This document shows, one piece after another, positions 1 through 11,971 of a stretch of DNA of 64,000 bases. Numbering within the stretch: position 1 is the stretch's first letter; each line of letters begins with the position of its first letter. Origin of the DNA: Schmidtea nova (lineage: Eukaryota); assembly GCA_044892505.1 (NCBI GenBank), contig CM097883.1, positions 394,630,001-394,694,000 of the forward strand. Reading direction: 5' to 3'. A program made the translations under genes and the position numbers. Under the pieces are notes generated by a model. It ran no database searches. It was not told where the DNA came from and saw nothing but the letters and a program-made list of their open reading frames with translations.

Positions 1-725
1 TGTTAATATGATTATACAAACCACTTGTTTTTCCACCGGAATATTTTATCGTTTTTCTGCATACAACTGAATTCTCATCGTTTGTAATTAAATGACTCCA
101 TAATATGTAAAATTAATGAAATAAACCAAATTGTAAATATATGTTCAATCGTATATATAGGAATTGTTTTTTAATCAAATATTATTTAATTAAAAAAATA
201 TTAGCACTTATTTTAAAATGCATATAGAAACCGTCCTTTGAGGGCTGAATTTTTTTTCGGAAAATAATGAATAGGGCATATTTACTGGTTTAATATAAAC
301 AAATAAAACATACAAAACTAATATAATGAAAAGCATAGTATGCATTAAAATACCATATAGACAACACATTTAACGTCGTGGTTAGTTGAGAAAACCAGTA
401 GGAAGATATAAAACAATTTTTGAATGGGTGGTCTTCACAGATAACCAGCTGCCTTGAAAGGGTTAAGTCGACATGCCATTTTTATTTTTAAATTTAAATT
501 ATTATTTATTTTAGCGCAATTATGTTTATAACTTTGTTTTGAGATTCATTATAAATTTGAAAGTAATTTAGCAACCCAAAATCCTAAAATGTTGTCGGGA
601 AAATATGTCATTGAGATTTCAGATAGAAAACCTTTAAAATAATAGAATGGTTTTTAATTGGTATTAAAAAAGGATTTATTTTCGTTAATGATTAAAGTTT
701 TTAAATAAGTATCTTAAATAATTAC

Positions 726-1455
726 CTATAATCATCATTTATGTGACCAGTAAATTTTTGCAACAAACCTCCATTTTCATAGTCAAATAATCTAAGAATA
801 TTATCTGAGCAATTTACAAGAATCAAATGACAATCGGTAGCCAATTTTACACTGGTAGGCAATTTTCCAATGAAATCTTCACACAATTGCCCTTTTCTTA
901 AATCGTATATTCTAAGGGTTTCATCCAAAGAAGCAGTAAGAATAAACCATTTGTGAGAATCTACACTGATCACACTATCTCTAGCTTCATTTAATGATTG
1001 AATTGGATTTATTGATTTAGACCTACGATCCCAAACATAAACATGTTTATCTATTCCTCCGGATAAAACAACATTCGACTCATCGTTTAAAGCAATGGAA
1101 TTAACTCGTCCCAAATGTCGTCGCCACCTGTTAATTGATACTCCTGTTGTTACATCCCATAACATTACCATTTTGTCATCAGATCCAGATGCAATATGAG
1201 CATTATCAACAGTTGATACAACTTCAGTTATTTCACCAGCATGTCCACAATATGTCTTCAAATTGGTTCCATTAATAGGATTCCATAATATTATACGATT
1301 ATCAGAACCACCAGTCATGCAATAATTGCCGTCTCTGTTAAATGCAACACATCTTGTCACTCCATGACCACATAATATTTTATTATTTAACTTTTTCGGG
1401 TAACTATTACTCTAAATAAAAATAATAATTAAAATAATTAAAAATCATTTACCAT
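726..1455 (-). CDS. WDR83: WD40-repeat protein WDR83/MORG1 orthologue (first two coding exons; 3' exons not located)
   Basis: ORF 722-1360 matches WDR83 along its length (VAFNRDGNYCMTGGSD, WD repeats, PIQSLNEARDSV, YDLRKGQLCEDFIG). The frame stays open to an acceptor TTTAG at 1412. A predicted ATG-only exon (1453-1455) is followed by GTAAAT, giving a 41-nt intron. A donor GTAAT at 725 ends exon 2. Confidence 0.88.
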
Positions 1456-2297
1456 TTGGATTATGAATATGAAAAAGTAAATTTAATAGTAAAAATTTAA
1501 GAGATTATTTAAACAATTAAATTTGAATTAATTTAAACTTCAAAAAGTTTATTTGAAAAAATATATAAATTCATTTACTTTGACATCACAGTCTTTAATG
1601 GCAAGACTTCTAATTAAAAAAATAATAAATTGATTGCAATGAAAATCATTGTTCTTGAGGAATTTAAATTAAATTTAAATGAGTAATTTTAGGATTTACT
1701 AAATCTGATTGGTTTTTGTTTAATTAAATGTATATGTATTACCATAAAAATTAAGCTGCCCGTCTCATTTTGCGCACTTTCTATTATTACTTCAGCATTT
1801 TGCATAAACGATATACATCATTCAAAAGTTAATTCAATCACAAGTATCATATTCATACCCTCCAATGGTCCAAGGTTCAAAATTTTAAAACCTAATAATA
1901 TATACATCATTCAAAGGTAATTGCGAGTCAAGTATGATGGTGGTACCCTCGAAGGTAGGTGCTCTACCAGCAAAGGGTACTAAAACTTCAAAATTTTTAA
2001 TGTGATGAGTTAGGAACGTTGATTGTCTAGTTGTTGTCGTTGTTATGGTTTGTATATGGAGTACGGAAATCCCCCCCCCATTTATTCGGGTACAAGGCGA
2101 TTAAAAAATTATGTTTATTATTATTTTAATTTTTATTTGAATTTCGAATTTGGCTAACTATAGCAAACGCTATAGTAAGCCAAATTGACAAATTAAGAAT
2201 ATCGATAGTTGATTTAAAAAAATTAATTAACAACCTTATCAACAAGGAATATTCCAAATTTATAAATAATAAAGAAATAAAAATTGATCACCAAAAG

Positions 2298-2513
2298 GAA
2301 ACTCAAAAATTACGAAGAATAATCCCTATCAATTCGAATTTTCGTTATTTTATTCCGAAACTCAAAAATTACGAAGAATAATCCCTATCAATTCGAATTT
2401 TCGTTATTTTATTCCGAAACTCAAAAATTACGAAGAATAATCCCTATCAATTCGAACTTTCATTATTTTATTCTGAAACTCAAAAATTACAAAGACTAAT
2501 CCCTATCAATTCG
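2298..2513. repeat. 59-bp tandem repeat, about 3.7 copies
   Basis: Unit GAAACTCAAAAATTACGAAGAATAATCCCTATCAATTCGAATTTTCGTTATTTTATTCC starts at 2298, 2357, 2416 and 2475. Confidence 0.95.
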
Positions 2514-2783
2514 TGAGTAGGTGTAGTTGTAAATTGTAATTTATATTTTGTAATTTGTAATTACGCAACAGGAATTTTCGTTATTTTGTTGAGTTAATTT
2601 CGTTTTTTAAACAGCATACACAACATACACACGCACACACGCACCCAAAAGTACATAAGCATACACCCCGAGTGTCCCAACATAAATCGGTGACTCTCTC
2701 GGGCTGTTCAATAATTTCTCCCTCGCAACATATTCATTATCGACATTATAATAATAGCAATAAATAAATCACAACATATTACC

Positions 2784-3236
2784 ATAATAAGACTGATTAC
2801 GCCTTGTCTTGTTAGGGAGTCAAGCGTTGAAAGCGGATCGTCTAGAATGATTATTTCTGGATAACCTATTACTGCTATTGCTATGTTAAGTTTTTTAATA
2901 TTTGGCGGAGACAGGTCATTGACTAAGGTTTTTGCTTCTCTGTCGAGTAATAAAACATTCAAAATTTTCCAAACGAAACTTTTCAGCGAATAATCCGGCA
3001 GCAGTTGTATTCGGCCCCAATACTCAATCATTTCTTCAACGGTCAAATCCGGCATGTAAAATCTTTTCTCAGAGCAATAGCCGATTTTTCTGTTCTCTTT
3101 CCTGTGAATGGAGAGACGTTATCAAATTATTGTGAAAGTAAATTCCTCCGTCTGTCGGCACTATTTCTCCGAGAAGGATTTTCAAAAAATTGGTTTTATC
3201 GGAATCGTTTCGAGCGATAATTCCCAAAACTGTGCT
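2784..3236 (-). pseudogene. ABCA-subfamily nucleotide-binding-domain exon, degenerate and frameshifted
   Basis: GIIARNDSDKTNFLKILLGEIVPTDG (degenerate Walker A), a +1 frameshift near 3085, then IGYCSEKRFYMPDLTVEEM, LSPPNIKKLNIAIAVIG (signature) and IIILDDP (Walker B). Bounded by a TTTCAG acceptor (~3237) and a GTAATA donor (~2783). Confidence 0.75.
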
Positions 3237-3254
3237 CTGAAATATTTCCGGTAA

Positions 3255-4565
3255 AACCAAGAATTTTGTTATTTCCATAACAAATTTGGAGAAAAGGCAT
3301 TCAAATGCACTAAACCATGCAGATATAACGAAAAAAACTCTTCTACATTTGACGAAACAAATACAAAAAAACTGGAAACATTGCCAGTAGTCGCAAACAC
3401 ATTTGGTGACAAAAATAATGCATTTATGGTGCAATCAAACGACGCAGAATTTCTAATTGACACTTGTTCTGTGATCTCCTTATTACCCCATTACCTGCAC
3501 AAAAACTCAAAAAAACATTTAACCGCAGCCAATGGCACAAACATAAAAACATTTGGTGAACACACCCTAACTTTAACAATCAACTCAAAGAAATACAGCT
3601 GGACATTCTTAATCGCTGATGTTCAACAAGCAAAATTAGGAGCTGACTTCCTGGCACACTACAGCCTCACAGTAGACTGCCGAAATAAAACACTAACAGA
3701 AAAAACAAACACAAACAAAGAAACCGTCAAAACCATGGCAACAACCGATTCAAAAATAGACATTGGTGTTATCCAAATGGGTCCAATATACTACAAATCA
3801 AAACAAAAACTGAATCATGGCCCAGAAATAAATATACTAGTGGAAAAAGTCAACAAACTTATCACATCAGTAACTTTCGACGAGAAAGCAAACATAAAAA
3901 ACAACGAAGAAATGAACAAACAAATAGCAACTAAAAACAGTGAGAACATCGAAAACAAATTAAAAGGAATACTAAAAAAGAGACCAAACTCAGAGAACGA
4001 TGGCAAGATAGTACTCACAACCGATTAGTTACTGATAAAGAAGCCATACACAAAAGGTTCCGAGGAGAATTACGAAGGCTCATTCAAACTACTGGAAATT
4101 AACAAAAAGGTAGCCACAATAATTAAAAACAACAACAAAATAAGAATAAATATACGAAGGACGAAACCATATCACCAAAACCCAAAACCCCCATGCATCC
4201 CCTTACACGATGAACCCAAAACAAAAAATAGCACATAACATTCAACAGCAGAAACGCAATAAAAGAATTTGATAAAAACGCGATAATCACCCCATACAAA
4301 AAGCTATACAGCCAATGCCTAAAAAACACAACACTACATAGCATGGAAACATAAGATCGTTGTATATTTTTATTATTTTTGTCGAGAGTTGTTAAAACAT
4401 AAAACATAATACAGAAAACACACGACACAGTATGGACACAAAATAGAATATGTACAGAACACGTTTTTTTGTAAACAGTGTAACCTCCGGTTTTAAAGGG
4501 GGAAGTTATGTAAAGGTTATAACTTGTCATTATTTTCATTTTTATTATGGTCATTTTTATGATTG
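3255..4565 (+). mobile_element. Internally deleted Ty3/Gypsy element: gag C-terminus, protease, integrase C-terminus, PPT and start of 3' LTR
   Basis: In-frame CYFHNKFGEKAFKCTKPC (gag Cys-His motif) runs into FLIDTCSVISLLP...LGADFL (protease). YEGSFKLLE (GPY/F-like) lies at ~4070. PPT AAAGGGGGAAG at 4495-4505 precedes TG at 4509. No RT/RH. Confidence 0.8.
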
Positions 4566-4684
4566 TGTTGTGATTAAAATATTAATCACACATCAATTTA
4601 ACAAAATATTAATTTTGTTTAAATAACGAAATATTGTGAGAAATAAATATTTTGAATTTTATCTGATTATGTCAAATCATAACA
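4566..4684 (+). repeat. 5' LTR (119 bp) of compact Gypsy
   Basis: Direct repeat of 8092-8212; TG...CA ends; followed by PBS. Confidence 0.93.
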
Positions 4685-7600
4685 TTGGCGACCACGCGGC
4701 AATTCAACAACGATCAGAAGACGCTATTTTGCGAGTTTCAATCAAACCATGTCCATTCTACGGAAATAATCCAGCTCTATGGTTCAGACAGCTAGAATCC
4801 CAATTTAAATTGTCCAAATTATCAAATGATTCTACTAAATTTCACCATGTTATGGCTAATCTTCCTGAAGATGTCGTTGTCAATATTCCAGAGACAGTTA
4901 ATGAATCTTACCAAAGCATCAAAGAAATTATTATGAAGAATTTTGCCAAGCCACTGACAAAATATATTGAATACGCACTTGGAAAATTTAATCTAGATGA
5001 TTTAAAACCCACACAACTTCTTCAGAAAATTAGTAGGGCGTTCGCAGAAGCTCAAATAACAGACCAACGATTATTGCGACACAAGTTTATTGAAGCTTTC
5101 CCAAAAGATATTAGGCTCATAATCACAAGTTATCAAGACAAGTCTACGGAAGAATTGGCTGCAATAGCGGATGGGATGTTGGCTGTAATGGAAAATGAAA
5201 CACAATATTCGAATGAACATTTTAAAATCCATGCTTTAATGGATGAAATTGCAGAATTAAAAGAAGAAATATTCAATTTAAAAGAAAGTCCCAAGAAATT
5301 GAATAACCTTTGTTTCTATCATACTAAATATGGAAGAAATGCCAGAAAATGTGACAAATTGAAAGATGGATCCGATGTGCTTTATATGTTCCGTGTATTC
5401 AAAAGCGGTGTACAGAAAAATCAAATTTTTATTTTCAATAATAACGACAAATCTTTAGTGGATACAGGAGCATCCGTTTCATGTCTACCTCAAAAATATT
5501 TCAAGCCAGAAACTCCGTGCTCATCTCGACTTACAGCTGCTAATAGTACTCCAATAAAATGTTATGGGAATAGGAAAATTGAGTTACGAATCGATGAAAA
5601 AACAATTAGTTGGTCTTTCCATGTATGCGATGTATCGCAGCCTATTCTTGGTGCAGATTTTCTAGCAGCACATCACGCTCTAATTGACTACAAGTTGAAA
5701 AGAGTTTCAATTAATTCGATAGTTGATAATAACTTGTTGAATTACTTCAACAAACCAGAATGTAGTTGCCAAGATCACAACACAACATGACATTGTTTTA
5801 AATGATATCGTCAGATTATTCCCAGCAAGACGATTATATGGCGACAAATTAAAAGCTGCCAAAGATTAGTTTAACAAAAAGGGTAGACACTGGCAAATGT
5901 CGATTATCAAACTCGCCAATTTCTTCGCCACTAGTTGTTGTAAATCAAAATGGAAAATACAGTTTTTGCGGTGATTATAGAAATCTAAACACCGCAACCA
6001 TACTTGACAGATATCCAATTCCAAGAATCGAGGATATATTGCAGATTGTGAGAAATAAAAAATACTTCTCCACTATCGACCTTGAGAAGGCGTATTTACA
6101 AATTCCAATGAACGAGAATGACATTCCAAAGACAGCAATAACTACGCTGTTTGATATGTATGAATTCTTTTTCATGCCTTTTGGATTACGAAATGCCCCA
6201 TCGACCTTTCAAAGAACAATTGATACAATATTGCGAAAATTTTCATTCACAATAGCATACTTGGATGATGTAATTAATGCATCAGACACAGAAGAAGAAC
6301 ATGGCAAGCATTTACAAATAATTGCAAATGAATTGAATAAAGTTGGATTTTTAATCAATGTAGAAAAATGCAAAATTATACAATCTGAAGTAGATTTTAT
6401 GGGCCATCACATATCGAGAACTGGAATTTGTCCTTTAGAAATCAAAATCAAAACAATTATAAATTATAAATTGCCAGAGACAACCAAAAAACTAAGAAGA
6501 TTTTAAGGTATAATTAATTTTTATAATCGTTTCATTTCAGGGGCTGCAAATAAATTAGAATTGCTATATAAACTTATCAATTCAAAATCAAAAAAGATAA
6601 TTTGGATGGGGGAAGGCCTTAAATGTTTTGATGAAGCGAAACAAATATTACAAAAAACGACCGAACTCGCGTTATTTCATGAATCAGAACCTATCACTTT
6701 GAGAACAGATGCCTCAGGATCAGGTATTGGAGCAGTACTGGAGCAAAACGGGCGACTAATATCATTTTTTAGCAGACTGTTAACGAACACAGAATCCAGA
6801 TACAGTACATACGACAGAGAATTACTTGCAATATACAAAGCTTGCAAGCACTTCCGTCATTTCCTCGAAGGCACTGAATTCGTGATACAGACGGATCACA
6901 AACCGATTACCCAAGGACAACCAAAAGATCCAAGCAACAAACAATGGAGACATCGCCAATATATTCATGAATTTCAGTGCAAGATAGTATACTGCCCAGG
7001 AAATAAAAACCAAGTTGCTGATGCACTCTCTAGAACAGACGTTCAATTAGTTTCAGATAACGTTTACCCGTGGCCGTCGAAGAGATACTACAAAAGCAGA
7101 AAGAAGAGATGAAGCATAATAAAGATGAATTATTAATGAAAAATGGGAAATTAATATTACCTCCGAGTCTCAGAAGAGAAGCTTTTCAAATGATTCACAA
7201 TATCGCTCATCCATGAATACGAAGGACCAAGATATTGATGCTGAGTTCATATACATGGCACAAAATGACAAAGGATGTCCAGATGTGGTGTCAGCAATGC
7301 GATTCCTGCTCAAAATCAAAGGTATATCGTCATACTATCGTTTCATACTCTTCATATTAATATTGTTAGACCTCGTCCAGGAAATAACGGTAAGTCCTAC
7401 CTACTGACAATGATTGATAGGCAAACATCATGGCCTGAGGTGATAGCCATTAAAAATATAGATTCAGAAACCGTGGCAAAATTTCTAATTGAAGTATGGA
7501 TTTCCCAATATGGAATTCCATCCGAAATCGTAACAGATCGTGGTAGGCAATTTACAAGCTCTTTATTCCAGAATATGTGCAATGTTCTTGGAATAAATAC

Positions 7601-8091
7601 AAATAAAACATGCGCTTATCATCCTCAAGCCAATGGAAAAGTAGAAAGATTTCATCGAACACTAAAATCTCAAGTTATGGCTTCAATGGATAAAACTAAA
7701 AAAAGGTGGAATGACATATTACCTCAGGTACTGTTAACAGTCCAGGAACAGTCCAGATTCAACAGGTTACTCTCCGGCACAGAAAGCATTTGGATGTGAT
7801 CTTGCTGTTTAATTCCCCAAAAGAAGCTTCTCCATTTCAATTAAAAGAAATTATTGAGAGCTTCAAAATAATCGAAAGACCACTGCAAGATGGTATGACA
7901 ATCCCGAAATCTATTAAGGACTGTGAATTTGTGTACTTGAGAAAAGATGTACGGAAATCATTAGAAACTCCATATACAGGTCCGTTTCGTGTATTAGAAA
8001 AGCAGCCAAAATATTTCAAGCTATCGAATGGGGAGAATGTATCAGTTGATCGTCTGAAACCAGCATGGCAATCAATTTAGGAAGGGAGAAT

Positions 8092-8212
8092 TGTTGTGAT
8101 TAAAATATTAATCACACATCAATTTAACAAAATATTAATTTTGTTTAAATAACGAAATAAATCTTGAGAAATAAATATTTTGAATTTTATCTGATTATGT
8201 CAAATCATAACA
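8092..8212 (+). repeat. 3' LTR (121 bp) of compact Gypsy
   Basis: Direct repeat of 4566-4684; preceded by PPT; followed by TSD ATTG. Confidence 0.93.
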
Positions 8213-9097
8213 ATTGTTATTATCTTATTGTTGTTATAATTATTGCAACCGCTTTTGTGGTCGTGGGCATCCTTTCGGACACAGGAGGACCCCCTCCCAT
8301 TTTATTATTTCTGTTATTTTTATGATTTTGGTTGACTGGAAAATGTGCCATGAAATAATTATATAAATAATTATATAAAATAGTTATATAAAATAGTTAA
8401 AACAAAAATCAATACATATAAAAATTAACAAAATACATTGGAACGAGAAAAATAGTTAATGGATTGATATCTGAAATGAAATTGTGAAAATATGAAAAAT
8501 AAGAAAGTTGGAAATTGATGAAAATTAAGAAAACAGAGAATTCATCGGGGGAAAAATACTTTTTGAAATTTTAGGACTATATTATTGATTACGTGAGTAC
8601 AGGTTGACATTTACTGTTTAGTTTTGTTTTAGAAATAATAAATTGTAAATAATTTTTATTCATTGTTTATTTGTTATTAAACACATTCTCTCGCATACAC
8701 TCACACCTAAATAACAAGCACACCGAGTGTCTCCACACAGTTTTGGGAAGACTCTCTCGGGTTCTAACAAACTTCTTACACAAAACACGTTCTCCACTCA
8801 ATATTAATCAAAAACATTATTTCAACAATATAATTCACAACATAACCCTCCATTGACCTTAACAATTACAATAATATATATCAAACTAAAGGTAATTGTA
8901 AGTTGAGTATGATGGTCATGTTGTTAGGGTTTGAGACCAAATGATCTCGTTTTTTTAAAATTTTGGTAAACATATAATAAATACTTACTTAAAATAGGAT
9001 ACAGAAATAATTAAATAGAATAAAGAATTAATTAAATACTATAAATATGATATAGAGGTAAAAATAAATAATAAAAAGTAATAATAATAATAATAAT

Positions 9098-9760
9098 TGT
9101 TGGGCCAAAACTGCAAATTGCTTAAATGAAGCGGCAACACCACAAGTAGAAAGCGCGCAAGATTCTATTTTAAACAAAACATCATTTAAAACCGAAGTGG
9201 TTAAGTGAAAACAGGCCAAAAATTAAATTGGACAAATGCGCATTAACCAGTAGAGAACGAGCAAGCTTTTAATTTACAATCCTTAAAACAAAACACCAAG
9301 TAAAACTAAAAGATGTTAAAAGAAGAACGTTTAGAAAGCTAGAATATGCCAAAAACACACTGGATACGCACGTGAAGAACGCATTTACGTTATAAAACTT
9401 CAGTTGTGGAAATTTAGCATGCTTTTAGAAGGAAGGTTACGATCTTATCCTAAAAATTCGTAAAAATATAAAAGAAAAACAATTTTGATCAAATCACAAC
9501 AAATTAAATCAAATTAGAATAAACTTTAATTCAAAAGTAAAAGTTTGGATGAAAAATAAATTATTTAAAGTTTTATGAAAATTTGATGTAAAAATATTAA
9601 TTTAATTTTGCGGAAAATTGTTGGAATTAATCTCGAGCAAATTAGAAACTCCTTCTAGAACAATTTGTTTTAATACATCAATGAAGGTAACACACAGAAG
9701 GAGGTATATATACCGTCAAAAAATGGCAGAATTCAGAATTTGTGGAAAAATTTTGTTTAA
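9098..9760 (+). mobile_element. Diverged, truncated relative of the giant-element LTR 5' end
   Basis: Starts TGTTGGGCCAAAAC like 19917 and is collinear with about 19917-20560 (GCGCAAGATT, AAATTAAATCAAAT, TTCTAGAACAATTTGTTTTA, GGTATATATACCG, AAAATGGCAGA). Confidence 0.85.
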
Positions 9761-9826
9761 ATTTTATTTCTTTTTGGTCGCAGAAGAATTATTGCAGAAA
9801 AAGAGAAAAAAAATTCCAAAACAATT

Positions 9827-11657
9827 CCAATTTGTATTGTGTGTGATGAAAAACTATTAAATGAGTCAATGGTACCAAACAAGCTTGAACGACATTTTAA
9901 ATTAAAACACCCAAGTTTATCTACTAAAACAACAGGTTATTTTCAAAGACTTTTAAATTTAAAAATAATTGCAACAACAAACATTTTCAAAATTAGTAAA
10001 GGTATCTGAGAAAGCTCAAGAAGCTAGCTATAATATTGTTGAGCTTATTGTAAGGATAAGAAAGTCACACCTAATAGCTGAAAGCCTTATTTTGTCTGCT
10101 TGTCAAATAGTGGTGAGAACTATTTTAGGAGATGAAGCTGAAAAAAATTTATCAAAATACCACTTTCTAACAATACTATTAGTAGAAGAATCTTGAATAT
10201 GTCAGAGGATATTGAACAACAGGTATTTGAAATCATCACATCCCAGAAAATGTTTGCACTACAAGTAGATGAGTCAATCGACATTAGTGGAAAAGTTTAG
10301 TTGTTAGCCTTTATAAGGTTTGTTTAAAATAAAAGTATAGTTAGTCAATTTTTTTGCTGCAAATAGCTAACTGAAACTACAACTGGTCGAGATGTTTTTA
10401 ATATAATTAATAATTACGTATATGGAAAAATATAATATTTTCTGGAACCTTTGCAATAGTATGTGCACTGATGGAGCTCCGTCTATGAATGGCTCAATAA
10501 AAGGATTTGTAACTATCGCTAAGGACTAAAACTTTGCCATTATGACTACTCATTGCTTTTTACATCGCAAAGCGTTGGTTGCAAAATGTATTGTTAGTGA
10601 TTTAAAGATTATACTCGATCAAGTAGTGAAAATGGTTAATTATATCATACCAAAAAATATGCGATTATTTTCAAAATTGTGCAAATTCATGAAAGCTGAT
10701 CATTTGACATTGATAATTCACGCTGAGGTAAGATAGTTGTCGAAAGGAAAGGTTCTTTCCAGATTTTATGAATTGCATAATGAACTTCTAATCTATTTTA
10801 CTATCGAAATGAGCGAATATTGTGACTTGTTGAGTGATGAAATTAGGTGCTCAAAGATTGGCTTCCAGGCAGATATTTTTGCTCATCTTAATTAATTAAA
10901 CTCCAGTATACAAGGAGGAAATGAAAGTGTTCTCAGTTTGCTGATAAGTTACATGCTTTTTAGGATAAACTTAATATGTGGAAACGGCGTGTATTACAAA
11001 AGAATGTTGAAATGTTTCCATTAACAGCAAATACTTCATTTAATAATGAAGTTTTAAAACTTATTGCTGATACGTTAAATGTTTTTGGTGAGAAAATAAA
11101 TTTTTATTTTCTTTCACTTGACATTGTCCATTTCGATTGGGTGCATAATCCATTTGGCAGTGAATTAGACACAACACACCTAGAATTAAAAGAGGAAGAA
11201 GAATTTTACGAAATGCTAAATGATCGAACATTAAGAATTAAATTCAATACCGAGGAATTAAGTAACTTTTGTATTAGTATATCAAGAGAATATGCAGCTT
11301 TAGCGAAAAAAGTTCTAACGTTATTATTGCCATTTTCCACTTCTTATTTGGGCGAATTAGCTTTTTCTGCACTCAGCGAAATAAAGTGTAAAAAGCGAGA
11401 AAGATTGCTATCTGTAGAAGACGAATTAAGAGTGTCTTTGTCAACAATTCCACCACTATGTTCAGAACATCAGGCGCATACTTCACATTAAGTTTTTACT
11501 TTTTATAAATTTTAATTTTATTAAAAAAATGAACATGTATTATTTTATAATTAAAATATCTTTTCCTTATAAAATATGGATATTATTGTCAACTGTGTCG
11601 CATAATTTGATTACCTTGAACAATGTTTCGATACACATGAAAGATTGGGAAACACTG
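9827..11657 (+). mobile_element. hAT (Buster/ZBED5-ZBED8-type) DNA transposon remnant with decayed transposase and 3' TIR
   Basis: PICIVCDEKLLNESMVPNKLERHF (BED), LQVDESID, CTDGAPSM, HCFLHRKAL, LLPFSTSYLGELAFS, HQAHTSH, with many stops/frameshifts. 3' TIR TTGGGAAACACTG ends at 11657 and is followed by TTCTAGAT (nnnTAnnn, the Buster target pattern). Confidence 0.92.
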
Positions 11658-11855
11658 TTCTAGATGTAACATGCTGTGTATGAAATGTCAATGAGTGAAA
11701 CGATATAATTTAAATGTATATATGGTTGAATGAACTTTTGTAGGTGGTGTCATATATAGGTGATTCTAATGAGTGAAACGGGTGTACTGATCTGCAAATA
11801 TGATTGTATGGATTTTTCTTAGGTTTAATAGGGTAATTTATGAAACCATATATAA

Positions 11856-11860
<5 letters not shown>

Positions 11861-11918
<58 letters not shown>
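11861..11918. repeat. (TA)n microsatellite
   Basis: Uninterrupted TA run. Confidence 0.97.
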
Positions 11919-11922
<4 letters not shown>

Positions 11923-11971
11923 AACTTTTGAGAATTTTTATGAAATATTTATGATTTTTCTGAATAATTTA

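Larger units (their letters stand above)
4566..8212 (+). mobile_element. Compact Ty3/Gypsy LTR retrotransposon (3.65 kb), disrupted gag-pol, nested in the previous element's LTR
   Basis: LTRs 4566-4684 and 8092-8212 (TGTT...AACA), 4-bp TSD ATTG, PBS TGGCGACCACG at 4686 (tRNA-Arg-like), PPT AGGAAGGGAGAA at 8079. Coding order: gag, PR (LVDTGAS), RT (AYLDDV), RNase H (TDASG...TDHKP), integrase core and GPF, with stops and frameshifts. Confidence 0.95.

Noticed and set aside
1-100. Minus-strand VCRKTIKYSGGKTSGLYNHI resembling a BED zinc finger
   Set aside because: Too short, missing a Cys, cut by the window edge, and no associated transposase.
440-466. TTAACCCTTTCAAGG (minus) as a piggyBac-like terminus
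   Set aside because: No matching second end or TTAA duplication identified.
1695-1715. CCAAT-box-like CCAATCAG upstream of WDR83
   Set aside because: A single short motif with no TSS data; plausible but not supportable.
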